A stretch of DNA of 53,840 nucleotides, taken from a virus. Lineage: Duplodnaviria; Caudoviricetes. Location of the stretch: IMG/VR virus record IMGVR_UViG_3300019360_000004, positions 1 to 53,840 of that record; one strand, given 5' to 3'. A model generated the notes under the pieces. The model did not search any database and had not been told where the DNA came from. It was given only the letters and a program-made list of their open reading frames with translations. Made by a program: the position numbers and the translations under genes. How positions within the stretch are numbered: position 1 is the stretch's first letter; each line of letters opens with the position of its first letter. Positions 39,458 to 48,046 of the stretch are shown here, piece by piece.

Positions 39458-39786
39458 CAGCAATACTCCTCTCTATGCCGTACCAGCACCAACCAGGGCT
39501 GTGTATGGTTGCGAAGTAAGGGTTCCTCATATAGCGTCCCGTCCGGCGACACCTGATATATAAGCTGATCTAGCCATCGCCCCAGAGGCGCGGGTGCCTC
39601 GCGAGCCTGAATCGCATCCAACACATACCAGTCTGGGAAAGCCAGGGTGATCGTCTGCAGGAGTTCATCCCTGGTTACTGTGGGATCCGTCGCGACTTTA
39701 TACGCATGCACGCCATCCTGACAATAATATGAGCATTCGTGTCCCCATTGATCTTGCGTCATGAGTATCCTCCTAAGCATGGTCAT
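39457..39786 (-). CDS. Hypothetical protein
   Basis: ORF in the operon with RBS. Confidence 0.5.
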   Translation of the reverse strand: MTMLRRILMTQDQWGHECSYYCQDGVHAYKVATDPTVTRDELLQTITLAFPDWYVLDAIQAREAPAPLGRWLDQLIYQVSPDGTLYEEPLLRNHTQPWLVLVRHREEYC

Positions 39787-39957
39787 CCCTACCTATACAG
39801 CCTCTCATGAGGATCTTCGTTGGTAGGATAGCGAGTATGAGGAGCCCTACGACAGACAATCCTCGCAATATCCCAGGCCGTCCGCACCGAGACGCGGACC
39901 ACTCTTCCCTGTACCGTACCATGGTGCCGGCCGACCAACTGCGCAAAGAAGAGCAGT

Positions 39958-40173
39958 CTACGTAACATTCTGTCGCTCCTGAAGCAGCCCCCACCAGTGG
40001 CGGCAGGCCACTTTCGTCGCTTCTACATCGCCGCTGAGTGCGGCCGTATCGACCGCCGCTGTGGCCTCGCGCCAAGCGGATGTGTCATAGATGGCAACCG
40101 CCCCGTGGCGAACACGACGACAGATATAATCCCATGTTTGATAAAGGATAATCTGGATGTCAGGCGTCAGCAT
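39958..40173 (-). CDS. Hypothetical protein
   Basis: GAGGAG RBS and ATG. Confidence 0.5.
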   Translation of the reverse strand: MLTPDIQIILYQTWDYICRRVRHGAVAIYDTSAWREATAAVDTAALSGDVEATKVACRHWWGLLQERQNVT

Positions 40174-40188
40174 GCTCGTTCTCCTCGC

Positions 40189-40935
40189 CTAGAAGGGAGG
40201 CGCATTATCGTTGGCGGCCCGCCGCTTTTGATCGGCCATCCCGTCAGCGCCCATCGTAGGGACCGCCCGCCCTGGGGTCATGGACCGGAAGAGCGGCGGC
40301 GCATGCAGCGGGGCGCCGGCCTCGTACCAGGCGGCTTCCGCAAGCCAGTCCTCCCGATCCTGCGGATAGCGCGTGGCATGAAGTCGACAGACCTCGGCCG
40401 CACGGCGGTCTTGTTCTTCCGGAGGGAGGTGTTGGATGGCGAAGAACAGTTCGATATGCCCCGATGCCCAGGGTGATTGCTCTGCCTTGGCCGCCTGAGT
40501 GAGGGCAGTCCCTACCGCGAGGCCCTGGGCGCGTTGTTGCCGTTCCTCCTCCGCACGTTGAGCGATCTTGTCATACGCCGCGTGCATCGCCTGGATACCC
40601 TGTCGTCGTCCTTCGGCCCAACTGAGTAGGGCCCCCGTAGTGGCATCGGCCATGCCGCTATAGGTGCTGATTTGCTCGTAGACCCAACTCAGGACGCTGC
40701 GAATCGTCTCGCGCGCACGCTCGGGATCGTTCGGTAACCACCGATGCAGATAGGTGGTCAGATGGGCTTCTAAGGCTGGGACACCTTTCTGTTCAGCGAG
40801 CGCGAGATAATGAGCGTGTCGTGCGCGCGCGCCGGCGGGACTGAGCGTCTCTGGTGTTTTGATACACAGCAGACAGTCGTCTGGTATACTCAGCGTCGAT
40901 CCTACGGCGTGATTATTGTCGGTGCGTTGAGGCAT
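40189..40935 (-). CDS. Replication-associated hypothetical protein
   Basis: AAAGGAG RBS; directly downstream of the initiator. Confidence 0.5.
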   Translation of the reverse strand: MPQRTDNNHAVGSTLSIPDDCLLCIKTPETLSPAGARARHAHYLALAEQKGVPALEAHLTTYLHRWLPNDPERARETIRSVLSWVYEQISTYSGMADATTGALLSWAEGRRQGIQAMHAAYDKIAQRAEEERQQRAQGLAVGTALTQAAKAEQSPWASGHIELFFAIQHLPPEEQDRRAAEVCRLHATRYPQDREDWLAEAAWYEAGAPLHAPPLFRSMTPGRAVPTMGADGMADQKRRAANDNAPPF

Positions 40936-41860
40936 GAGTCTGTCTCCTTTGGTATTCGTAGTTACGGTGGAGCCACCCGCGAACAAAGCGTTTCCACCCT
41001 CCGGGACTTGCGGGACGTTTGCGGGGATTCTCACGGAGGTAGGCCGAGAGTTTGCCAAACTCCGCGTTGAGCCAGGGTTGACCAAAGACACCAGCAAGGG
41101 CTTGTGAAATATCTATCCACCAGTCCGCATCATTAAGCGCGTCGAAATCGAGCAATGTATAGTCGAGTAGAAGGGCTCGGAGCCAATCATCTTGGGGAAG
41201 TGGGTTCAATGAAGGGCGGCGAGTGGTGCGGGGGTAGTGCGGTTCAGGCATTTTCATCAGGGGTAGCATAGGCGTAGAGTCTGAAGGGATAGGCGGAATG
41301 AAAGGTTCGTGCCTTTCATCTCCGCCTAAACTCCTGAACGTAGTGAAGGAGTTTTCTTCTTTTTCTAGAAGATCTTCTCTAGAAGAATTCTCTAGAAAGA
41401 GTTCACGTGGTGCACTACGTAGTTCACCAGATGCACTAGGTGGTTCACGTGGTGCACTACGTAGTTCACCAGATGCACTAGTAGTGTTTATACTAGGTGG
41501 TACATCTGGTGTACTACGAAGAGAAAGTTCATCCATTTTCTCAAGGGTTGTGCTCAAGGGGAGCGATAATAAGGTATAGATGTTTTCTTCATGATGTCCC
41601 GCTCTAGCGACACGTTGGCTTTTGGCAAGAAGGTGGTGTACGGTTAAAGTTTCAAGAGTTTTGAGAATGGTGTTGCGTGAGATATGCAGTGTGCGGGCCA
41701 GAGTGGTCAGCGACGGTGTTGCATGGCCCTCGCGATCCGCATAACGAGCGAGGGCGGCATAGACGGCAATGCCATAGGCCCCAATCTGTGGGCCATAGAT
41801 ATCAACGATGATATCATGGATCCAAAACCAATGAGCTTCACGGCGGTCGCGGATTTCCAT
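40913..41860 (-). CDS. Replication initiator (N-terminal winged HTH, lambda O-like layout)
   Basis: AVYAALARYAD...PSLTTLARTLHISRNT...NIYTL; internal iterons. Confidence 0.8.
   Translation of the reverse strand: MEIRDRREAHWFWIHDIIVDIYGPQIGAYGIAVYAALARYADREGHATPSLTTLARTLHISRNTILKTLETLTVHHLLAKSQRVARAGHHEENIYTLLSLPLSTTLEKMDELSLRSTPDVPPSINTTSASGELRSAPREPPSASGELRSAPRELFLENSSREDLLEKEENSFTTFRSLGGDERHEPFIPPIPSDSTPMLPLMKMPEPHYPRTTRRPSLNPLPQDDWLRALLLDYTLLDFDALNDADWWIDISQALAGVFGQPWLNAEFGKLSAYLRENPRKRPASPGGWKRFVRGWLHRNYEYQRRQTHASTHRQ
41401..41516. repeat. Iteron-like 21-bp repeats, probable replication origin
   Basis: GTTCAC-N4-TGCACTA at 41401, 41422, 41443 and 41464; degenerate copy near 41500. Confidence 0.75.
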
Positions 41861-41991
41861 CGTGACCTCCACGCGAACCTGGTGTGCGGGAGTGGCGGCG
41901 CGGCGTGCGGGTAGGTTAGTTCCGCCAGATGCCTCTGTTGCCGCGCCGTGATGAACAGCCGTTGCTGTCCGGGCGAACAGCAACGGCTCTC

Positions 41992-42020
41992 AGTATAGCA
42001 CGCCAGGTGAGGAATGTACA
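41992..42020 (-). promoter_or_regulatory. Promoter for the replication operon
   Basis: TGTACA-17 bp-TATACT with extended TG. Confidence 0.55.
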
Positions 42021-42039
42021 TGTTTTTGCCGAAAAAAAA

Positions 42040-42048
42040 TGCTAGACT
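42040..42048 (+). promoter_or_regulatory. Extended -10 promoter for the Xre-csf operon
   Basis: TGcTAGACT upstream of AGGAGG. Confidence 0.4.
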
Positions 42049-42071
42049 TGTGTAGGAGGTGACGATGAGTA

Positions 42072-42344
42072 ATGAGTGAGATAGAGATTTTCTCGAATCT
42101 GGATATGCGGCAATTCGCGGCGCGATTGCGCGCCGCTCGGGAGCGAGCGGGCCTGACACAGACCCAGGTCGCGCTGTTTGCGGCACTGAATCTGGGCAAT
42201 TATAATGAGCTGGAATGTGGCCATAAGCCTGGCTTGCGTGCGACGACGCTCTACCGGCTTTGCCAGGTATTGCGCGTCAGCGCCGATGATCTGCTCGGGT
42301 TTGATCTGCCCATGGCGGCGCTCGCGGGGGAGACTGAGGCATGA
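42072..42344 (+). CDS. Xre/Cro-C1 HTH regulator
   Basis: RLRAARERAGLTQTQVA...LRVSADDLLG. Confidence 0.9.
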   Translation: MSEIEIFSNLDMRQFAARLRAARERAGLTQTQVALFAALNLGNYNELECGHKPGLRATTLYRLCQVLRVSADDLLGFDLPMAALAGETEA

Positions 42345-43237
42345 GCCCGTTGCATCAGCAAGTCAGCGCTGCCGTGTCTCTGCTCCCTCCCATCAGTCAT
42401 TTTTTGGCCCCTGATGCGCCAGCCGGCCCGGCGACGGGCCAATGTGGCGTGTGTGGGGTCACCACAGCGGGTATGTACCCGCGCGCCACGGTGCTCGATA
42501 CGACGGGGAGCAATATCACCACCCTCTTTCCCCACAACACGCCTTACATGTGCCGCCATTGTACCGCGCTGTGGAAACGGCCCAAGCACTGGCATCGAGG
42601 GATCTTTGCGACGGCCGAGACCACCTATTTCCCGCTGATTGCCGACAATGAGCACCGGAGCGCAGACCGCCCGCTTTGGCGCGATCTCCTCTGCACGCCC
42701 GGTTGCTGGCATGAGAGGCCCCGCGCCTGTGTCCTGACGACAGACCCCAAAAAACGTGTCTGGCCACACGCGCGGGTCTCGCAGGGGGCACGGCTCCTGC
42801 TCTATCTCCATGATCCGACTCGCGGTGTCAGTGGCAATCGGTGGGTCACCTGGGAGCGCCTGGCACAAACCCTCGCGCTCGTCGAGCAGGCATATGCGTT
42901 GGGCGCAGCCAAGGCGCAGATTGCCGAGACGCTGTATACGCCTAGGCTCCTGAAAGCCCACGGCTTGGCCCCGTTGCAGACGCTGGAAGTGGTGCTCCGG
43001 CAGGTCCGACATCTGCCGGAGTTTCTCCCGGCGCTGATTGTGGCGCAAAAACCTCCTGAGGAGACCCTGCATGCTGATACGTCCGCAGACCGACCGCATA
43101 CTGCTCCACCTGGAGTTGACCACCAGCTTGGCACACGGCGAGGCTGGTGCCAATCGCGTGGGGCCGAGCAACTTGAGCTTATTGCACCGGCAGCTCGCGC
43201 TCCTGCCGGTGAGTGCGAGTGCGAGCCTGGCGGGTGA
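42341..43237 (+). CDS. csf1: Type IV-B large subunit Csf1 (Cas8-like)
   Basis: CGVCG...CRHC zinc finger, DPKKRVW, YALGAAKAQI..LY..LKAHGL and ALIVAQK; first gene of the csf cluster. Confidence 0.75.
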   Translation: MSPLHQQVSAAVSLLPPISHFLAPDAPAGPATGQCGVCGVTTAGMYPRATVLDTTGSNITTLFPHNTPYMCRHCTALWKRPKHWHRGIFATAETTYFPLIADNEHRSADRPLWRDLLCTPGCWHERPRACVLTTDPKKRVWPHARVSQGARLLLYLHDPTRGVSGNRWVTWERLAQTLALVEQAYALGAAKAQIAETLYTPRLLKAHGLAPLQTLEVVLRQVRHLPEFLPALIVAQKPPEETLHADTSADRPHTAPPGVDHQLGTRRGWCQSRGAEQLELIAPAARAPAGECECEPGG

Positions 43238-44507
43238 CCCCCTCCTTCGCATTAGCGCAACGCTCAACCTCTTCCTGGTCGGTGATCAGGTGTTGCCCTT
43301 TCTTGATGCGCTGGATGGCCCCCAGGTGCTCGCCTGCCTGCTCGTCAGTCTGTTCCCCCAGATATACAGCGGCGAGGATGGCGAGGGCGTGGGCCTGTTT
43401 AGCGGGATGCAACGCTATCAATACCTAAGCACGCGACTCGGGGACGCTGTGGTCTCGTGCACCACCCTGGGCGAGTTGTGGGCGGTCGTGAGTCGCCATC
43501 TAGGCTTGCCGCATCCGGTGGAGGAGTGGCACGCGCCGCTGCTCGCCTTGTGCACGCTGCTGCCCCAGACACAGGCGGCAGTCATGCACGCGCTGCGACA
43601 GACGTTGCCGCTCCTCATGATGGGGGGGCGGGAAATCGCCGAGTCCGTCAAGTGCTGCAATCCTCGCTATGCCACCCGGGCCTCCAGGCCCCTGCAACAG
43701 GCCGTCGTTCCCACGCTTTCCGATGCCCAGCGTGCTACGTTTCAGCAGGCCCTGCCTGAGCGGCAGGCCGTCCTCCTGCCAGCGCTGAGTGGGAATGCGT
43801 TGCGCCATGTGCTCCTGCGGGCACCCGGCGCCGTGCGGCTGCTTCAGGCCCTAGGATTGGATCCGCAGCACGACGCCGTGCCGGTGGGCGTTGAGCGGTT
43901 CCTGTTTGGCGGCGGCAACACGGCGGCCAAAGTCAGCACGCCGAGCAACGCGGATCTCCTGGAAACGACCGTGCGCGCCCGCTATCCATTCGTGGATGCC
44001 CTGGGCGGGGCCGTGGACCGTTTCTTGTTCAGCCGCAGTCAGGTGGCCATCGCGAGTTGGATCGTCTGTCGCGAGCACAATGCGGCTACCGAGGAGATTG
44101 CCGGACTCACATCGCAGGTAAGTCTCCTTGATACGATCTACGAGGAGACCCGCACACGGGCCGGGATTGGGGGCAAGGATGCTGCGAGTGGCCAGATGAT
44201 TTTTAGCTACGAGGTTTTGCCCCTCGGCACACAGGTCCTGGTCGAGATCCGTTTCCAGCCCTGGACGTCGCCACGCACGAAGGGGGCTATGCAGCAGGCC
44301 GTGCAGGATTGGTACGCCAGCGGGGCGTGTCTCGGAGCCAAAAATGCGCAGGGACATGGCGTCTGTCGAGTGCTCCGCGCCGAACTTCCCTATGCGCAGG
44401 AGGCCGCAGACTATCTCATCTCTCTGGAGACCGAGCGGGAGGCGTTGGCGGCAGGTCTCCGAGATGCCACGTTTGGCACAGGAATGGTGTTATGCGCCCA
44501 GATCTAG
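43071..44507 (+). CDS. csf2: Type IV-B Cas7 (Csf2) with a large internal Cas11-like helical insertion
   Basis: LELTTSLAHGE, LPALSGNALRHVLLRAPG, FLFGGG, QMIFSYEVL and G-loop LGAKNAQGHG; GAGGAG RBS. Confidence 0.82.
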   Translation: MLIRPQTDRILLHLELTTSLAHGEAGANRVGPSNLSLLHRQLALLPVSASASLAGDPLLRISATLNLFLVGDQVLPFLDALDGPQVLACLLVSLFPQIYSGEDGEGVGLFSGMQRYQYLSTRLGDAVVSCTTLGELWAVVSRHLGLPHPVEEWHAPLLALCTLLPQTQAAVMHALRQTLPLLMMGGREIAESVKCCNPRYATRASRPLQQAVVPTLSDAQRATFQQALPERQAVLLPALSGNALRHVLLRAPGAVRLLQALGLDPQHDAVPVGVERFLFGGGNTAAKVSTPSNADLLETTVRARYPFVDALGGAVDRFLFSRSQVAIASWIVCREHNAATEEIAGLTSQVSLLDTIYEETRTRAGIGGKDAASGQMIFSYEVLPLGTQVLVEIRFQPWTSPRTKGAMQQAVQDWYASGACLGAKNAQGHGVCRVLRAELPYAQEAADYLISLETEREALAAGLRDATFGTGMVLCAQI

Positions 44508-45229
44508 CCCATCGTGATCCCCTCGATGCCTATGGCGCGCTGTGCGCCACGTTGCCGCATACGCCCCTGCGCGTAACCGTGCAGACGCTGACGCCGGTGG
44601 TCAGCCTTGATCTGCTCAATTTCGATGGCCTTCTGGCCAAAGCGATGGTCCTTGCCACCTGGGGCACGGGCGTGTTCCCCGCCTCGGAGTCCCCTTACTG
44701 GCTCCCTCTGCCGCTGGCATACACGGAGCATGTCGGGCTGCCTCTGTGGCACGCCACCACGCTGTTCCGGGTAGGCGGGGCGGAGGGTGCGACGCATTAC
44801 CATAAGCGCACCGAGGACAATCCATACAGCCTTCTGGCGATCCGCCCGGCGCTTGGGCAGCGCCGCCCACGCCGGCAGCCCTCCACCGCGGCAGGGCAGT
44901 ACATGAATTACCGCATTCCTGAGCCCTATCAGGTGGCGGAGTATTGGGAGTGCCTGTGTCTGGGGCATGCCGGGGAGCTTGCGCGCTTGCTGCCGTATCT
45001 TCAGGGGATCGGGAAAGATTGTGCCCAGGGCTACGGACGTATCCTGGGATGGACCGTGGAGCCGCATGACGGGCCGCTGGCCCCTGACGACACCGACGAG
45101 GTCTGGCGGCCTACACCGACGACCACAGTGACTGGTGTCCTGAGCGGGTGGACGCCTCCCTATTGGAGACGCGATCTATGGTTGCCTTGCCGTGTACCCT
45201 CGCTGACTGGGCCGCCCTGGGCATCATAG
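44492..45229 (+). CDS. csf3: Type IV-B Cas5-like (Csf3)
   Basis: LNFDGLLA, HYHKR, GQYMNYRIP, G-loop GIGKDCAQGYG and PPYW. Confidence 0.82.
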   Translation: MRPDLAHRDPLDAYGALCATLPHTPLRVTVQTLTPVVSLDLLNFDGLLAKAMVLATWGTGVFPASESPYWLPLPLAYTEHVGLPLWHATTLFRVGGAEGATHYHKRTEDNPYSLLAIRPALGQRRPRRQPSTAAGQYMNYRIPEPYQVAEYWECLCLGHAGELARLLPYLQGIGKDCAQGYGRILGWTVEPHDGPLAPDDTDEVWRPTPTTTVTGVLSGWTPPYWRRDLWLPCRVPSLTGPPWAS

Positions 45230-45999
45230 GGCAGGTGCATTATGGTCAACCGGCGCGTGCCCTGCCGTATCGGCGGGTCATTGAGTGTAAGACCTCGGCG
45301 GCGGTGGCACTGATTGCCGACTGGTGGGACAAGGTAGAGGGTCACGGTTATGTCGCTCTCTCCTTTGGCAAGGATAGTCTCGTGACTTGGCATCTGGCGC
45401 AACAGGTGGCGCCGATTCCGGCCGTGTTTGTGGCTCTTGGGCCGTTGGGCGACTGGCCCGACTGTTTGCAACTCAAAGAGGTGCTGCGTGCCGAGCATGA
45501 CTTGTCCGTGATCGAGGTTCCGGCGGTCCCGAGTCATTATGACCGCCTAGTCTTGCAACAGCGCTCTGGCCATCACCAGGGCTGGTCGACGTGTGCCGAA
45601 ACGACGGAGCGGTTTCACCACGAGCAGCCGCAGTGGCGCGGACTCCTTTGGGGCTTGCGTGGAGTCAAAGAGCCGCATCGAGAGGGTATCCATCGTGAAA
45701 TCCTTTTTCACACCCATGGCCTCCTGTACCAGCGCGCCTCGGATAGGCGGTGGGTGGGGGCACCGGTCGGCTGGTGGAAGAACCCCGAGATCTGGGCGTA
45801 CATTGACCTGCATGGGTTACCGTATCCGGCCATGTATGATGTTGATCGGGCGCGGATTCGGAATGGACCGCCTTTCACATTTCCGGGGGAAGCTGTCGGG
45901 CGGATCCGGAACATCCGCCGAGCGTTTCCCGAGATCTTCCGGATCGTCCTCAGTCTGGTACCTGCCGACTATGCCGCGCGGCTCTCACGACAGGCCTAA
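45178..45999 (+). CDS. cysH: CysH-like PAPS-reductase-family protein
   Basis: PP-loop SFGKDS, WGLRG and PVGWWKNPEIWAYI..HGLPYPAMYD. Confidence 0.85.
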   Translation: MVALPCTLADWAALGIIGQVHYGQPARALPYRRVIECKTSAAVALIADWWDKVEGHGYVALSFGKDSLVTWHLAQQVAPIPAVFVALGPLGDWPDCLQLKEVLRAEHDLSVIEVPAVPSHYDRLVLQQRSGHHQGWSTCAETTERFHHEQPQWRGLLWGLRGVKEPHREGIHREILFHTHGLLYQRASDRRWVGAPVGWWKNPEIWAYIDLHGLPYPAMYDVDRARIRNGPPFTFPGEAVGRIRNIRRAFPEIFRIVLSLVPADYAARLSRQA

Positions 46000-46058
46000 G
46001 CGTTGGAGGGCTCCAGGATGGATGACACGAGCGCGGCATCCGCCGTCATCGTCAACTG

Positions 46059-46285
46059 CTGTTTCGGCGTAGCCCTCCACGTCTCCCCGTGACGGACCGT
46101 CACCAATTTGCCACCCCATCGACATTGGTTGCTGTAATAGATTTCATGGAGACCTCCTTAGGGTGTAAACAGCCGCTGTTGGCTGAGCCATTCAGCAACG
46201 AGCGCGGGATCGAGATATTTGTCGGCCATCCGATGGAGAACGACCCGTTGTTTTGGTGTGGCCCTCCACCTCTCCCCGTGACGGA
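46059..46285. repeat. Imperfect ~38-bp direct repeat (46059-46096 and 46248-46285)
   Basis: gccctccac(g/c)tctccccgtgacgga core. Confidence 0.75.
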
Positions 46286-46370
46286 GGGTCGATTCGAGAA
46301 AGTCGATCTCCCAATCTGTGAGTGGGATAGCAACATTGTCGAGCTCTTGTAAGAGGTCATGATCGGTCAT
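46158..46370 (-). CDS. Hypothetical protein
   Basis: LTDWEIDFLES...TPKQ pattern. Confidence 0.6.
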   Translation of the reverse strand: MTDHDLLQELDNVAIPLTDWEIDFLESTLRHGERWRATPKQRVVLHRMADKYLDPALVAEWLSQQRLFTP

Positions 46371-46755
46371 TTGGGGTATCTCCGACTGGTGTGATGCGAC
46401 ATGCGGTCAGTAGTAGTTGCCGATACGCGTACATCGTCGGCCAAACGCTATCGGCGCGATCTGCTGCACGGATAATCATGCGTGCAGCGACGTAAACGTC
46501 GCTTGTGTCGCTATGAATGATATCTATGAAGGCCGAATAGACATGATTGTTACTGATCCATATACTGCCCCCTTCATGCCAGTACTGCGCAATAATGGGG
46601 CAGATGGGCCATTGAAGGTCATACGAGGTTGGTATGGTCCGAATGAGGACGCCATTCTTCTGCCAAGGAAAGGCGAGGGCGGCACCCTCGCGGAAACGGT
46701 CGAGGAAGTCGAGCATTATCTGCTCAGCAGAAGTTCTAGGGTCAATAGAAGTCAT
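46357..46755 (-). CDS. Hypothetical protein
   Basis: ORF in the operon. Confidence 0.5.
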   Translation of the reverse strand: MTSIDPRTSAEQIMLDFLDRFREGAALAFPWQKNGVLIRTIPTSYDLQWPICPIIAQYWHEGGSIWISNNHVYSAFIDIIHSDTSDVYVAARMIIRAADRADSVWPTMYAYRQLLLTACRITPVGDTPNDRS

Positions 46756-46857
46756 TGTGTTTCCCTTGTTGTTGCCTGCTGAGCGGAGTATGCTCTGCTC
46801 CGTGTGGGGTCCCTGTGTCTCGTCTGGTGTTTCCTGCCTGTGCCCGTCTGGGGTTTC

Positions 46858-47559
46858 TCAGACGGGCACATCTCCTCTTCGTGTCCGCGTTCCATATAAC
46901 CGCTCGTGGATTTTCGCGGCGTATTCCCCCGTGAATCCGAAATGCCGCCCAATTGCGGCAAATGAGCGGCCGTCCTGTACCATTTGATGGAATTGTCGTA
47001 AACTCTGGCGACCATATTTCTGCGTAAAATGCCGTGCAAATTTATCACTCCGTTTATATCCTAAAGCATTGCACCAACAGATGATACGATATGAGCTAAT
47101 GCGAATACCGAGTCGCTGCGACATGGCGATAGCGATCTCCTTATAGGTGAACCCTCGATCGAGCCTTGCACGGAGGTGCCGTGCAATCTGTTCATTGAGT
47201 TTCATACGCCCTCCCTTTCGTTGCTCCATACGCTCTCTCTCTATCTCCATCCACGCATTCCATGCCTGGTCGAGGGTACACGTTATGAGTCTGTCTCGAA
47301 TCTGTCGCTCCATAAGAGCGTCAAACGGCTCACTCCAAATATCCAGCTCCCCACTATACCCCGATGCATACTGGATGACGATTCCAGAGGTATCGACGCT
47401 AACCTCAGGATAGAGGGCCGTAATGGTCTCTGTGACCGACTGGGCCAGGAATTGTCGGAACTGTTCGGCAGCCCGAACAGGGTTCAGCCATGCCTCGCCC
47501 ATGTTCTCGGTGAGGATAGAGTAATATACATCCACTCGCGGATGATTATGCTGCGTCAT
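46858..47559 (-). CDS. Hypothetical domain fused in frame to a double-HTH domain
   Basis: TYKEIAIAM and SFAAIGRHFGFTGE HTHs; internal RBS+ATG at 47205. Confidence 0.55.
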   Translation of the reverse strand: MTQHNHPRVDVYYSILTENMGEAWLNPVRAAEQFRQFLAQSVTETITALYPEVSVDTSGIVIQYASGYSGELDIWSEPFDALMERQIRDRLITCTLDQAWNAWMEIERERMEQRKGGRMKLNEQIARHLRARLDRGFTYKEIAIAMSQRLGIRISSYRIICWCNALGYKRSDKFARHFTQKYGRQSLRQFHQMVQDGRSFAAIGRHFGFTGEYAAKIHERLYGTRTRRGDVPV

Positions 47560-47797
47560 GTGTGTCGTTCTTCCAACATGCAGGTGCCGGAACTCCGGCC
47601 CAGCGCCAACCCTGGCCGGTTGCGATACAGCGATGATATTCGACTTGCAACGGGCCGTCGTCGGGGACATCGAAACGGAGATGCCCATCCCAGACATCCC
47701 GACGGGGGAGGCACGGCACCGGTGTGCCATCTTTCAGGCGCGCCCGGCCGGTGAGGCCGTGCATGCTGACGGTCCATGGATGGATGTCGATGATCAT
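47546..47797 (-). CDS. Hypothetical protein
   Basis: GGGAG RBS and ATG. Confidence 0.45.
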   Translation of the reverse strand: MIIDIHPWTVSMHGLTGRARLKDGTPVPCLPRRDVWDGHLRFDVPDDGPLQVEYHRCIATGQGWRWAGVPAPACWKNDTHDAA

Positions 47798-47827
47798 GTG
47801 TTGCTCCCTTCAAGGAGTCTGTCGAGG

Positions 47828-47860
47828 TGCTCGTTGATCCATTGCTCGTTGATCCATTGC
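47828..47860. repeat. 15-bp tandem duplication
   Basis: tgctcgttgatccat twice. Confidence 0.85.
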
Positions 47861-48046
47861 GCGAGCATCTCGCAGTCGGTGTCAGTCGGTTCGTGTTCGT
47901 CTTGGTGGAAGTCCTCACCCATCCATTCGATGGCTGCGCCGCGGGAGAGAGTTGAGTTTCATACGTCCTCCATCCCGAGTTGTGAGTTAAGCCCATAGCG
48001 CTCAACTCGTTCAACCCTGTGCGCGGCTATGGCGCGTCGACGACGG

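Noticed and set aside
41401-41516. Repeats near the csf operon as a CRISPR array
   Set aside because: Tandem 21-bp units with no spacers, in frame inside the initiator gene; they fit iterons
42251-43267. 338-aa antisense ORF and similar long shadow ORFs
   Set aside because: Overlap well-supported genes on the opposite strand in GC-rich DNA and have no recognisable motifs
45178-45999. cysH as a sulfur-metabolism auxiliary gene or DndC phosphorothioation gene
   Set aside because: Coupled to csf3, lacks a C-terminal ECGLH-type motif, and no other cys or dnd genes are present
46059-46285. Direct repeat after cysH as a mini CRISPR array
   Set aside because: 189-bp period and mostly synonymous differences indicate duplicated coding sequence
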